Source: Antedon mediterranea (taxonomy: Eukaryota > Animalia > Echinodermata). Taken from it: a stretch of 64,000 nt of DNA. The position numbers were made by a program, and so were the translations under genes. The stretch covers positions 12,209,812 to 12,273,811 of the forward strand of contig NC_092675.1 in NCBI RefSeq assembly GCF_964355755.1, read 5' to 3'. A model generated the notes under the pieces. It was given only the letters and a program-made list of their open reading frames with translations, ran no database searches and had not been told where the DNA came from. The number at the start of each line of letters is the position of its first letter. Within the stretch, counting starts at the first letter, position 1. Positions 1 to 13,111 of the stretch are shown one piece after another.

Positions 1-164
1 ATTAACTGATACTTACTCTTCATTTACCGTAAAGTTCAGTTTTAATGAAATATATAATATAAATTGGCTTCGTAACAATTAATTAGTGTTGAAAAGGTTA
101 GTTTTTTGGTGATAGGTGAAAATGACATGTAACTTTGTAATCAATTAATTTTTTTTTGTATAAA

Positions 165-523
165 GGCCCAATTACACTATGACGATAACGACGGACGATA
201 AATATATAGCATGCATTTTTTTTACATAAACCAAAAGAAATTAGAAAGGTTTTCGTTCTAGACCTATAGGATAATCATTTATGCTGTCTTTGATAAAAAT
301 AATGTTTTTCAAATTCCAATCAAATGACGTCATGATAAATAAAAACAATAAAATCGCTGTATTGTCACGATATTATTGGTCTTACTAATCATGACGTCAT
401 TTGATTGGACGTGTGAAAATATAATTTTCATCAAAGGAATTGTTTATATTTCTTTTGGTTTATGTATTAAAAATGCACATTTGTCTATTTATCGTCAATC
501 GTTATCGTCCTAGTGTATGGGCC
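165..523. mobile_element. Foldback MITE, probably PIF/Harbinger-like (~360 bp)
   Basis: Ends GGCCCAATTACACTATGACGATAACGA and TCGTTATCGTCCTAGTGTATGGGCC are near-perfect inverted repeats. Internal arms are also inverted (ATGACGTCAT motifs). Flanks are TA-rich but no clean TSD is visible. Confidence 0.7.
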
Positions 524-849
524 TTATGCTATAAATGTTCAATTAATTGATCATTCCGATTTTATTACTTGGACTCTTGCACAGTTGCTGTCTAATCGAT
601 GTTGTGTAATATCATTTCGAACCATATTAAAATCATAAAGAGATTCATATTCCTTAACATGTGGCCGTGCATGGAAGTCCGGTCTACAAAAACTCGGGCC
701 CGGGATCATTGTTATTGGGCCTGAAAGTGTTGGTGAATTCATAATTATACTTAATATTATATTTATATATATATATATATATATATAATTAATATATTAT
801 TATACAATTGAAAGCAAAACCCGTTGATATCTCAAATCATTAGGACTAG

Positions 850-1945
850 AAATTTGGCTTATCAATCAAATAAATACTTTCATTCAAAATGAAACTCCAA
901 CCTCTCTAATCAAAAGATTGAACTCGAAAACGGACCGTTTTTTTTAATTGGGTATGTTGAAACATTTCAATATTCATTTAAAAAAGTACATTAATTATGG
1001 TATTGATCAGTGGCTATAGAGGCGTAAAAACCCTCGGTCAATATCATGTAAAATGCACTGTGGAAGGGTCAAATATTAAGACTGCAAAATTGGGCTTATC
1101 AACAAATAAATACTTTCGTTCAAAATGTAAAATCAATTGGCTGAAAAATTGGGCTTATCAACAACAAAATATTTTATTATTAGACGCGATAACATCAAGG
1201 ATAATCAGTATAATTATTAATATAGCCACTGTTACTAGTTTTATTCTACATGCTAAAGTAAATAAAAATCCACTAGAAAACAAACAAGTCTGAATGTTAT
1301 GCTTATTAGCCATGTTATGTTTGTTACTGTAGGCCTATGATTGTTTGCAATGTCCACATATTATTTCCGTGGGCATATAGTGTATCACTCACAAAAAAGA
1401 CATGTGGGGTTCTTTCTTTAGATTTTGAAGAATGATTTGTGTTACAGGTTGACACATGAGTCAAATGCTCAAGATATCGGCTAACGCCATGGGACCCTTG
1501 GCTTATCAATGAATAATAAATACAGTACTAGGCCTACTTTCGTTCAATTGAAATCGGAATCTGACTGTTTCATTAAATTGGGTGTGATTAGGCCTAAACA
1601 TATAATAATTTATTAAAAAGGTGCAATAAAAACAAATGCATCAGAGGCGTAAAGAACCCACGGTCAATATCATGTAAAATGTATATGGTATAAGCACTTT
1701 GGAAGGGGTCATTGTTATTAAACTGGAAAATTCGGCTTATCAACAAATAAATAATTTCGTTTAAAATGTAAAATAAGACTGCAAAATTGGGCTTATCAAC
1801 AAATAAATAATTTCGTTCAAAATGTAAAATAAGACTGCACAATTGGGCTTATCAACAAATAAAATACTTTTTTTTCAAAATGTAAAATTAAGACTGGAAA
1901 ATTGGGCTTATAAACAAATAAATACTTTTTTTCAAAATGTAAGAA
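850..1945 (+). repeat. Degenerate ~55-bp tandem/dispersed repeat
   Basis: Unit resembling AATTGGGCTTATCAACAAATAAATACTTTCGTTCAAAATGTAAAATAAGACTGCAA recurs at about 853, 1088, 1147, 1730, 1786, 1841 and 1900. Confidence 0.75.
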
Positions 1946-3019
1946 AACATTTTTTAAATATAATCCTTAAGCTCTGTCTATACTATCAAACTAAATATGA
2001 TGTGCCCATATTATATAGACATGACGATGTCATATCACTACGATATTCGGGCATATCACTACCATATTTGGGCACATCACACTTTTTTTGTTAAACTAGT
2101 TGGGACAGTGTAGACACAGAACTATGTGATCGAAACATAAGTCGGAATTGGACTGACGCGATTGATTTAATTGGGTATTTTTATTAATGTAATGATTCAT
2201 TAAAAACTATAATACCGATACGCGTTTGGTATTGATCAATGGTGCAAAAAACCCTGAGAAATAATGTTATAACGCGATTTGGTGATTGCTTAGCAATAAT
2301 ACAACCCATATACTATTATTATAAATACCTATTACAAATCCATTCATATTACTTTTCATCGCGAACCGAAAATGTATAAATGTTATTCTACAGACAGTAA
2401 TTATATATTCAAAAGCCATATTATTATTAATATTATCAATACCTAAATGCGATAGTAATAACCACATAAACATACATTATTCCCAATACAAGTGTGTGCG
2501 TTTAATTCTAGAAAGAAACGACTGTGCTGACAGGCCAATGACATAAATCACAAGTAAAGTCCCAATTGTTCACTTGCGTTTTGAATGGCCGACCTATTAT
2601 ATTAGATTAATGAAGACTGTTCTTACAACTGTCCAGTCAAAAAGTTACGCCGCGTTTTTTGTAAGAAATATTTCTTGTTTATATAGCCATATCTCAATAT
2701 TGTTGTATTTTTTTTGTGTGTTTTCATCAACATGTATAATTGTTAAACTTCAATTTGTCAATAAAGAATATGTATTAAATTTTGACTCCAGTGTATTGGG
2801 TAGGTTGAATTCAGTAGATTGAATTGACAATTTGACATAGATCTCCACCACACAGAAAATGTGGTCTGTATGCCAGGCAGTGTCATCAGCATGATGAATC
2901 CAGAAGATTTTTTTGGGGGGAAAATTTTCAAATTTAAGTTTTGTTTTGCCTATGAAACATGTGTAACAAACTTAAAAAAACAACCATAGTAAATATAAAC
3001 TAAATTTTGATTGTTTTAC

Positions 3020-3220
3020 CTTGATTCCTGCAAATATTTCACCATTCCATAGGAGGACATTTTGATGCAAATCTTGCAATGGTTGTGCTGTTAATTTGCC
3101 TCTAAAATGAAGTACACACCCAAAAAAGATAGCATGTAGTGACTCTGCAGATAAATTGATGCATTTTTCTGAAGAATAATCAGGACCTCTCCTCTTCAAT
3201 AATTCTCGTAAATCGGCAAT
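3020..3220 (-). CDS. ASNSD1: ASNSD1 (asparagine synthetase domain-containing 1), second coding exon; N-terminal class II glutamine amidotransferase domain
   Basis: Translates IADLRELLKRRGPDYSSEKC...FFGCVLHFRGKLTAQPLQDLHQNVLLWNGEIFAGIK, with the RRGPD, VLHxRG, QP and LLWNGEIF motifs of ASNSD1. Bounded by ttacag acceptor and gtaaaa donor; 201 nt, phase 0/0. Confidence 0.92.
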
Positions 3221-3304
3221 CTGTAATTGGTATTATTTTTATTTTGGTAAATGGTAATAAGGGAAATTTGAGGTGCCATTTATCATGAATTTATGTTTCC
3301 GAAC

Positions 3305-3620
3305 ATCGTGAGTGAGTGGCCGAGCGGTTAAGACAGTGGAACCATATTCACGTAGCCATAACATCGGCAGGGGGTCGAGGCTCACTCACTCCATGGTTCT
3401 GGTGGTAGAACGAGTCTTCTCGGATAAGGACTATAACCGTAGGTCCAGTGTACACAACTTGCTCGTGTGCACTTTAAAGAACCTAGTACATCTTTCGAGA
3501 CGAGTAGGGGGTTACACCGGTGTATTAGTACATCACAGCCACTGATCACCAACTGGGCCCTCTGGGAGATCAGTCTTTGACTGAAGAGGTCACCCAGTAT
3601 AAAGATAAAACAAACAAACA
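3305..3620 (+). mobile_element. tRNA-derived SINE with Deu/Nin-type central domain, in an ASNSD1 intron
   Basis: A-box TGGCCGAGCGGTTAAG and a degenerate B-box. Central CGGATAAGGACTATAACCGTAGGTCC...TTTAAAGAACC...TTTCGAGACGAGTAGGGGGTTACACCGGTGT resembles the Deu domain from memory. Ends in an (AAAC)n tail. Confidence 0.75.
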
Positions 3621-3739
3621 TTTACCAAAATTTGCAATACAATATACAGCTTTCATCATTGGGGGGGGGGGGGGGTGGGAAGGTCCTTTGGCTCATGTAG
3701 TTAGTGTCTGGTCTGGGCCCCCTATTTCTAGTGGTGAAT

Positions 3740-4149
3740 GCTGAAAGACACAGCTTTTTATGTGTGTAATATTGCCACATCGATTTAATCCAGATCCTGA
3801 TAGGTCTACCATTGAACTGCTTGACGGTGCAGCAGATTTTGACGGACGTCCCCTTTTTGGTGGAACTACCGTCTTCGACGATGTTAAACATTCTCAAAAT
3901 CTTTTTTCAGCCCTTTTCAATTTCTCATTATGAATCAAAAAAATCTTCCTCTGTAAGATTTTGGATTCTTTCACAGAGGTGTGAAAAGTTTGTTTTCCCA
4001 AATGATGTCCGTTTATTGGCATACTCCCTAATCTTTTCTAGGCTTTCTCTTGAATGCTTTAGCGTCAAAGACTTTTGCGCGCAAACATTTATGCATATGA
4101 TACACTTGCCTGTTTTCTTTTTAGATGTAGAGGTTTCTTCAGTAGTCAT
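3740..4149 (-). pseudogene. Degenerate N-terminal fragment of a large DNA-transposon protein (possibly Academ-like)
   Basis: CIIC...ESLEKIREYANKR..G.T.F..L.ERI, followed after frameshifts by a KKGRP-like basic stretch. No termini found; family assignment is from memory only. Confidence 0.35.
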
Positions 4150-5352
4150 GATAAATTGGGATGAAGATGTCTTATATAGTAGTTCGATTAATATGAATTA
4201 TTCATAATTATGATGTTCCCATGCTTCTTCTTTTGACTAATAAATTACCCTTTCAATCTAAATTGTATGTAGGAAAATGCAGTGTCACTTACTGCTGGCG
4301 TAGGTCATAACATTCTATACCGCCACATGCATTTATAAGTGTAACAAAGAATTAGACCTTTAAACACTGGGTGTACATGCGTACTGGCACACATGAATTA
4401 CCTACGGTATTTACAGTAATATTCGGAAAATTAAGTCAATTGCCCCCTGGAGGAGTTATCCCCTCCCTCACACTATTGAAAAGGCGTCCCATGCATCACC
4501 GATGGTGAGGAAGGTTATAAAAATAAACTTTTGTATTATTTTATGCAATATTATACTGGATTTTATATCTTATTATCAATAATGTCTTTAAAAATGCGGA
4601 TGAAGTTAGTTTTTGGGATTCATCATGTTTTAATTGACAAAATGAAACAAAAAATTCTATTTTGGCACAAATATCGAGCTAGCGACTAAATTTATGACAT
4701 AATGAACCATACTATTTCAGGCAGTACGATTTTTTAATTAACATGGTGAAATACCCTGAAAACGATGTTATTTTTTACGCTCGGGTGGTCGCGACTGAAC
4801 GAACGAAAATCATATATTATGAGCTTGGTTAAAGTGTTAATGACTGTCATGTGACATCCATCGATGAATTGTTGATTGACATTTTCTATTTCTGAAATAA
4901 ATTATTATCGCTGACAACGGCCTAGTTTTTCACGCAAATTAATAATGTGGAACACGAAAGACAAGGACATCGGGATAAAACCGTTTATGCATGGATTGTG
5001 ACCTTAATGTATTACTCGAGGATAGCTACGCTCGTGAATATCGCTAACAATACTAGAACAACGCTCGGTCACCACTCGTTCAAAACACGAGGAATGTCGA
5101 AAGTCCTCTGACCAGTACTGTAACTCGCAATTTACCGAATTTTGCCCTTGCGTACATTTATATACAGATATTAAATGAGCTTCCTCACCCTGATTTATAA
5201 TGAACTATCAATTAACTTAATTTCATCTAAAGTTAAAATGTTACTAAAATTCTGAATGTAATAAAAATTCCATATCACTACAAGTAGCCAGAAGTTTCAT
5301 GATTATGTGGTTAACAAATTAAATAATAGTATACAAACAAAAAATTAAATAC

Positions 5353-5406
5353 CTCCAATGACAGTGTTTCCAGTGAAGAACCGATTACACAGGAAATTCC
5401 ACACAT
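5353..5406 (-). CDS. ASNSD1: ASNSD1 first coding exon (MCGISCVIGSSLETLSLE)
   Basis: Starts with MCGI, the Ntn-hydrolase N-terminus with Cys2. Ends GAG|gtattt at phase 0, compatible with the 3020-3220 exon. Confidence 0.88.
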
Positions 5407-5920
5407 TGTCTCTAGATAGAACATTAAATATCAGTTACAATCAGATCTCTCTTCTATCAATACATTCAATGGTACAGATCTGTTTTGAAAGCATGTCAAG
5501 TCAAGCTCACGCTATTTGACCTACCTCAAGCCCTCAACGCCATGCACCACAAATGTCACGCTTTTTCATCCAATCTCATTTGTTTCTCAAATTATTTGAA
5601 AATTCAAAATTCTGATCTTATTAAAAAACAACATGAAATTCAACTCGTTTTGTCCCAATTTAATCCTAAGAATGGTTGGGGCCAATATGACATGTACAAA
5701 TTACCACTAACAATAACATGAGAAAAATATAATTTCACAATATGATGATGTCATCAAAGCCACATCCATTATATTTTTATTAAGAAATCAAATTAATGGT
5801 AATATTAATAAAATATGCAATTTTTATATTTGAATTATTATATTGGCCTGCCACCTCCTGTCATTAAAAATTTCGTTAATCAGAATATTAAATTATGCAT
5901 TTGAACATGTATGTTGTTAC

Positions 5921-6085
5921 CGAGTCTTGTGGTTTCTTCATAAATCTCCTTAATTATCGATGTGATTATATTTAAATTGTAGTGCCTGGTGATTGGATAG
6001 TGGGTATTATGTCATCAACATCACATCCAATCACCAGGCCTAATCGAATGAAAACTGCGATCCCTGACTCGGGATTGGCTGGCTA
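5921..6085 (-). promoter_or_regulatory. Putative ASNSD1 promoter and 5' exon
   Basis: Three CCAAT/ATTGG boxes at about 5991, 6027 and 6074. Candidate donor TCG|gtaaca at 5921/5920 and candidate acceptor aaacag at 5480-5485. Confidence 0.4.
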
Positions 6086-6728
6086 TGTATAGTTGCGATA
6101 CATACCAATAGGCCTACCTAGGCCTATATCAATGTCGGCAAGTCATAGGGTTTACTAGTATTAAGTAAGCCTAGAAGGCCTGGGAGCTAGTATCCTTGCT
6201 GATTTCTGGGCTCGCACTGGCCGATTGCCAAGTCGCCATGGGCGAAAACGTTTCGAGATTGGCGAAAATAAAACTTTGGCGATAACATATAATAAAATAG
6301 ATAATAAAATAGATAATTAAATAATCATTTTAACAATCCATTTGTCGATATCCAAGCATCTATTTTGTTCGTTCTCATGTTGTTTACTTCAAGCTCCATT
6401 TTTCGTCAACTTGTTTCGTTGTACCAGGCGTCTCTTTGTTATTTCAATATGATGGAGATAGCAGAGGTAGACTGCAGAGAGACAGACATTACACGACACA
6501 TGGATGATAAAGTCTACCCAAACTACCATGTGTTGTGCGCTGCACAAACGACAGTCGGCTATATACCGGGATCATCTATTTAACGATAGGGGTGTACTTT
6601 TCAGATTATAAAGAAATATTATAGTATCTTCAATGAATGATGTCTTAATCTTATCGAAATCAAACATTTATGCGTTAAATGCATTTTAGACTCTGCCAAT
6701 TTAATGTAGTTTCATATATTACCCTTAA

Positions 6729-7828
6729 AATGGACCTGAAATGGATTTTCGATTTTTTTTCATTTTAGAATGATGTTTTGGGGGCTATTAGGTGTTGCTA
6801 GTATATTGTTACAAAATATAAATTGGCCCTTTTGGGGAAAGCCCCATTTGAAAATCAAAAAAATTCGCGGGTGACGTCACTTTGCGAATATATTCCTATC
6901 CCTCCAATGGAAAATTTGCAGTTTTTTGGCTATAACTCTTGAAATCTATGGAGTATTTTCAAAAAAATGCTTGTGCATTTGCAGAAACGTATTTAGAATT
7001 TTTTTAGATAAAATTATTACCGTATAAACGGTTATTCATCGAGTAAATGACGATTTAAAATCTTAAAATCAACGGTTTTTTTCTGGCCTGGCAACGTTGT
7101 CCGGGATACAGCTCCGTGCGCAATGATGCGTATCCATATTTTCCGTTCGTGTATTTTGTATATCGTTCGTAATTTATACTGCTAAAATGTGTTAGTTTCT
7201 TTAGTTTTTAGTTTAGCAGAATTAAATTAGTAATATGAGATGATAATTTATTTGTCACGAATCAGGCAGTTCGAAAACGAATTTTATTCATATTTTACTT
7301 TGGCTTGACAATGAGCGCACCAAGTTGTTGATATCGCTTTGGTCCTTGGATGCACATGAAACGCATGATGTGGGTGGTGGATCGACTCCGCGCTCTGGAT
7401 TGGGGGCCTAGGCCTAGTAAAGGTTTGGGAGGTAGGCCTTCTAAATTCGGGTTTTAGAACAAACGAAGTACATTTTAGGGACCTATATTTCAACAACATT
7501 AGATATTGAACAAATTAGTATTAGTGTCAACGCTTCGCGTATCTTTCCAGGCCGTCGATCATTCACTGACTATCGGGCGGCATACACGCTCTCGATATCA
7601 TTGTATGTATATGTGACGTCGTGAATATAGAGGCTTCCGACGGCCGTTGAAATAGAATATTGCAATGGCGTGAGTAATTTTCGCTAATTTACCATGGTAT
7701 CTTAAAATTTCGTTTTTACTCAAAATACTATACATTTTGTTTTTATTTGTGTGGGTGTGTGTTAATTTGATACATTTAAATAACATGTGTGAATTTTTTA
7801 AAAATCGAAATTCCATTTCAGGTCCATT
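6729..7828. mobile_element. Non-autonomous Kolobok-like DNA transposon
   Basis: TIR AATGGACCTGAAATGGA(T/A)TTTCGATTTT at both ends, TTAA on both flanks (6725-6728, 7829-7832), and purine-purine termini. Confidence 0.8.
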
Positions 7829-8339
7829 TTAATAAACTTCCCCGTGCTTTAGTAGAGTAATCAAAACCACATTCGGGAAATGATAAGAGTCTAACAGGGA
7901 TTTCAGTTAAATGCACACATGCATTTATTGCGGACTATTATATACAGCAGGGCCAGCCGCCGGCTTCTGTGTTGTTGTGTAATAAATAATCGGGATGGTA
8001 TAAATTTCTCCCCCTGACAGAAACGCTTCGGCGCAGCCTGACTGAGGGACGTAGTACGCTGTGCTTTGGCCTATATTATCTGTACGCTCAACAACGATAC
8101 ATGTGTTCGTTTGCTAGGAATTTTCCTCAATATTGTTCGCATACGACGTACAGTCGTCCATAATTTTGTAGGCCTAGGCCAGCGCTACTGCACTTTCGCA
8201 CCTCTTGAGCATACTCAATTTAAAAACATTTACCCGCTGAGACAAACATGACCAGCCAATCGTAAAAAACAAAAACAACATAGCATTCAGGGGATTTTAG
8301 AAAACTGTAAAATGTTTTATTGGTATATTTTATTGTAGT

Positions 8340-9830
8340 GTTTCTTTTTTTTGTTCTTCTTTCTTTCTCAGATTTTGTGCACGCTTTTTCTCAACATGTT
8401 AACATAACATGTTGTAACTTGGTCAACATATAGGCCCTGTTTCTGCTGCCAACTAAAAATACCGTATATTATATGGTATTTTTTGAATACCGTATATATA
8501 CGGTATATTTTCGGCAGCAGAAACTGCGCTCATAAAAAATATACCGTATTTTGTATACCGTATTTTCCCCACAAAATTTGTGGATAAAATACGGTATTTA
8601 CAAATTTATACCGTATTTTTTTAACCCGTTTCTGCTGCCAATAAAAAATACCGTATTTTTTTTTTACATGACAAAAGGTCAACATTCGTGTTTTTATTTT
8701 CTGTCGCTGTCAGCTGCTTTACACACGTGTATAGATATATTCGGCGAAAATGTGGAGCGAAGACGTCACAGTTTTACTAAATAAATGTGTGTGGGGAAGC
8801 TAAAATGTCTGGCCAACTAATAAAAGGGACAACCACATTTATAAAGACATTTCTAAAAAAATAAAGCAGGAGTATGGAATAGACTTGTCTCCAAAGCAAG
8901 TAAACTCAAAGCTGAAGAGCCTGCGAAAGCAGTACAACATTGCAAAATACAATAACTCGGGGAGGGAACGAATTAATTGTCCCCATTACGATGTTTTCTG
9001 TGCTTTCACAACATCTCTATCACTAGGGCTAGGCTGTTGAAAGTGAGACGTAAAACTTCCTTTATTGCGACTTTTAATTATCGACCAAATAAATGAATGG
9101 CAATTTGGGTAAAAAAGATGAAATTTAACACGACCACCCAAGAAGTATTGTTAGCAGAAACGGGGTACTAAAAAATACGGTATAAAAAATACCGTATTTT
9201 ATACCGTATTTTTATACCGTATTTTGAGAAGTTGCAGCAGAAACAGGCCTATAGACATTTAACTAAAGATGTGCAGCCAAGCTTTTTGACGATGTCAGAT
9301 CCATGTAGCGTAAGTTACGCGCGATTTTTTGAAAATCTTAAATTGATCATAACTTCGAAACAGAAAAATATTTTTTAACGTAAATTTCAGCAAGGTTTGC
9401 TTCACATCAATTGTTAACTTTTTTATCGCTACTGAAATTTGTAACATTGGAAAGTGCGCGCGTAAAGGGTGTTTGAAATGTTTTAATCTTCTTTGTTTTT
9501 CAGATTTTGTGCACGCTGTTTCAACGTGTAAACATAATATGTTGTAACTTGCATGTTTCAGGACATTTTAAGCGTTTAAAAATTCCCACTGGTGCGCACA
9601 CTTTTACGAGTGCGCACCAGAGCTTTTCTTTTACATAAATAGTGTTTTTCAAACTTCGGTAAAAAGTTTTACGCTGTTTTATTCATTTTCCAAACTTGAA
9701 ATGGCGTTCTACGAGCATGTAAAACATGACAGGTTGCGCACGAAAACGTCTAACAAATTGTGAAAATGATGCAAAATATGTCTACTTTTAAAAGTGATAC
9801 AGTTCATCAGAATTCAAGGTTACCGTTAAT
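8340..9830 (+). mobile_element. Partial copies of the Helentron-like family seen at 20357-29169, split by a Harbinger insertion
   Basis: ATTTTGTGCACGC...AACATAACATGTTGTAACTT...GATGTGCAGCCAAGCTTTT...GTTACGCGCGATTTT matches the body units at 20800, 22310 and 23840. Confidence 0.65.
8433..9249 (+). mobile_element. Non-autonomous PIF/Harbinger element with a Myb/SANT (trihelix) remnant
   Basis: TIR GGCC(C)TGTTTCTGCTGC and GCAGCAGAAACAGGCC, with many subterminal ATACCGTATTTT motifs. About 8750-8995 encodes frameshifted WSEDVTVLL...IYKDISKKIKQEYGIDLSPKQVNSKLKSLRKQYNIAKYNNSGRERINCPHYD, typical of the Harbinger DNA-binding ORF. Confidence 0.8.
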
Positions 9831-10347
9831 ACAGTATACCTTTTAAAATGTAGGCTTAGCATTGAGGCCTGGCCTAGCCTAGCTGACTCAATTCAAGGCT
9901 CAACGTGTGGGCGCTACAGCGATGTATTGCGAAGAGTAGACCTGGCCCTACTACTAGGCTAGAAGTGGTCAACTTGTACCCAATATAACTCGTACCTGTT
10001 CCCAACTTGGTTAACTCGTACCTCAACCAACTCGTACCCACACCAACTCGTACATACCTAATTTTTAAACCTTCATTTTAACGGTAACGTGCATTGTATT
10101 TTCTTTATGATTTAAGGCGTAGGCCACTTCTACATGTTACAATATTAGTAAGAAAACGTACACAGTAATCAGTTTTAATAATACTCTAGTATTTCAAATG
10201 ACCTACCTTCTGATTAATAATGGAATGATCCAAATGACCTACCAACCAATCATTTGATGATCTGAGTTTTCTAGATCTAGAAAAGTCAGATATTACTGAG
10301 ATCTGAGTTTTCTAGATCTGAGTTTTCTAGACACCCAAATATTAATC

Positions 10348-12148
10348 GGGATTCAGTCAAGTCGCCCCATCGCAAAGTCGCCCCGACACAGTCGCCACAT
10401 CGCAAAGTCGCCCCATTCGCAAAGTCGCCCCGACACAAAGTCGCCCCGACACAAAGTCGCCCCATCGCAAAGTCGCCCACGGTTTTATTTTGGTATGAAG
10501 CGCCGCCGCTAGTAGTACATTGTTTTAATCATATCGGTTGCATTTGATATTGATCGCATTGTTACTTTGGTCGCGCTAAATGTCATTACATTATAATGTA
10601 TCCTATTATATACATAATTTGTGTTTTAATTTTTATTTTACAGGTTTCTTTTTAAAAATCATTTAAAAAAAGAGTTCACGGTTTGCAAGTTCTAAAAAGT
10701 TTATCCCTGATTTATAGTTTCGAAAATGTTAACATAATATGATTCTAAAATTAGTTTACCAGAGCCACATCTTTCTTCAACCTACAAGTGGATATCAGCT
10801 CATTTTTTTAGGATCATATAACAGTCATATACATGTATAAATGTGTAGTAGGCCTTCGTATAGGCCTAGATTAACAAACAGCGTTGTAGACAATGAGTGT
10901 TATAGGCTACTTATTGATCATTTTGCATTTATTGACAAGTTATAAATGTCTATTGTTATTTAATTTTATTATGACTTTTCAAAATGAAGAAATAAAAAAT
11001 ACTAAAAAAAAAAGGATTTTATCGCCGATATGATCGTTTTACATGCAGGTATTTTAGTACAATTACAACGCTACATTTTTACCATGGAAAACCCATCGTA
11101 CAGTATCGTGTGCATGTTTTTAAAAAAGGGGAATCCCCGACAGTCAGCAGAAAGACGTAGCAGCTGTGAGGAAACAGATTGGTTTCAGATTGTGAGTCGC
11201 CTTTTAATCAAGAGCACAATGATCATTTTAATGAAGAAATTCCTTTCAACCCTTTTGGTCATAGAACATTCTAATTATCATACCTAATAAATATCCTCAT
11301 ATCGGGTGTCATCATTTACGACATACAGTGGTGATATTATGCAATTTATAATGGATAATGATGGGATTGCCTTTCCAGGCTTATAATCAAATGTTCATTG
11401 TAATACTAATAGTAAACTGAATGTTTATAAATAAATTGTTTTACGTAATTTTTTGCATATAAAATAAAGACACAAACATAGCCTACGTTCCCTATAAAAT
11501 ATTTCACGTTTAACGTTTAAAGTATGTACATAATGCCGAATAATACTATAATCTTAAACTATTTTTAAAAATTGTCATTTTTTAAGGCACACATCTTTCT
11601 CATAGATTGTATAATAAAAAAATCAATTATTAGGCCTAATATAATAATAAACATTCATCGACCAAAGTAAAAATAATCTAGATCATCTTTTTATCGCGAC
11701 TAAAATAAACGCGACCGATTTCGAACGCGACCGGAGTGAATCCGGCGGGGTTTCCCCTTCTTCAGTATCAGATGGTGCGTTGTAGTGCGACAACGGGGGT
11801 TTCCTTCTGGTGAGCTAGCGTGTTAGTGCGACCGCGGAGTGATTAGTCGGGGCTTCCTTTTATTTTATGGGAGCGTGCCGATCGTGTGACCTGAGACTAC
11901 ATGGCGGGGCTTCCCCTTTTTATTCCTACACGTTCCGTGTTATTTTATGTATCATTGCAACATTTTACGCACTATTTTAACGTTTTGGGGCGACTTTGTG
12001 TTGGGGCGACTTTGCGATGGGGCGACTTTGCGATGGGGCGACTTTGCGATGGGGCGACTTTGCGATGGGGCGACTGTATCGGGGCGACTTTGCGATGGGG
12101 CGACTTTGTATTGGGCGACTTTGCGATGGGGCGACTTGACTAGCATCC
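10348..12148. mobile_element. Non-autonomous Mutator-like (MULE) element
   Basis: Perfect 9-bp TSD ATATTAATC (10339-10347, 12149-12157). TIRs are built from tandem ~16-bp AAAGTCGCCCCATCGC units, inverted at the two ends. Confidence 0.88.
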
Positions 12149-12911
12149 ATATTAATCATGCCACCAAGTAAGAACGTGTGAAGTAAACAATAATATATTA
12201 CTTATTAGGTATGCGACCATTTCGTTGTTAACGACGGTTAATTAAACTGTGTTTATTTTGTAACATTGTGGGCTGTCTGCGCTCTGTCGGTTAGAGTCAT
12301 GGAAGCTTTGATCTCAAACTGATGCATAATGATAATTGCATATCCTTCTAATCTATTCCTTAATCCATGATTGGGGTGAATTGGTTAAGAACTGCCTATT
12401 ATTCCAGCTTTAAGCAAAAATATATGCAAATATTGATAAATGCCAACCCTGCTGCTAGGCCTACTAGTCTAGTCCTGCGGATTATGGATGCCTAAGCTCT
12501 AGCTAGTAGGCCTAGGGTAGTAGGTACTAGGCCTAGGCCTAGCTAGCCTAGCTAGGCCTATCGGGTAACGGGACGGCCCTGAGACGATTCGGCCCGGGAC
12601 AATTCGGCCCTGAGACGATTCGGCACACTTACATTTATCGGTTTGATATGCATTTATAAGCATAAAATAAGCTTTTTTCCCCAAACTTTATTTTCAGAGA
12701 GACTATGGGGTAGCACTACTAGGGATAAAGATGCACTAAAGCAAACATTTTGAAAACATTGTCGAAAATAATCATTTTTTAGTCACGCGAACGATGTAAA
12801 CAAGTTACGCCCTCTGTTGGCCGCTTGGTTGGCGAATGCACGAAATAAACAAGGTTTTCAAAGTAATAAATTGAATATAAAATTACGTTTTTTTAGTAAT
12901 TTATTATATAT

Positions 12912-13056
12912 TGTAATATATTCATATTAGCAATTTAACGACTGGATTGGAGACTAATAAAAGAGTTCTACAAGATGGCTGAACATTAGCACATGGTCTG
13001 ATTTCTCAGTGAAATACTTAGTGTAATCATTCATTCCCAGAGCACAATATATAACA
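12912..13056 (+). repeat. 5' LTR (145 bp)
   Basis: Direct repeat of 29279-29426, differing by one substitution and one 3-bp indel. Contains AATAAA. Confidence 0.95.
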
Positions 13057-13057
13057 T

Positions 13058-13067
13058 TGGCGACGAG
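13058..13067 (+). promoter_or_regulatory. Primer-binding site complementary to the tRNA-Ser(GCU) 3' end
   Basis: TGGCGACGAG lies one base after the LTR and is the reverse complement of CTCGTCGCCA. Confidence 0.75.
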
Positions 13068-13111
13068 AATTGTGGATAAGTGAACTCCGTGAATATTATA
13101 AGTAAGCAATA

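Noticed and set aside
1-2970. Further ASNSD1 exons
   Set aside because: No segment with the expected NDT/GPW-type motifs and good splice sites was recognised. They probably lie outside the window, though a short exon could have been missed.
9965-10340. AACTCGTACC and GATCTGAGTTTTCTA short repeats as complete elements
   Set aside because: They resemble single orphan ends of MULE-type MITEs. No partner end or TSD was found, so they were not called.
11901-12171. ORFs with GATLRWGDF repeats (also 10286-10480)
   Set aside because: Translations of the 16-bp MULE subterminal repeats.
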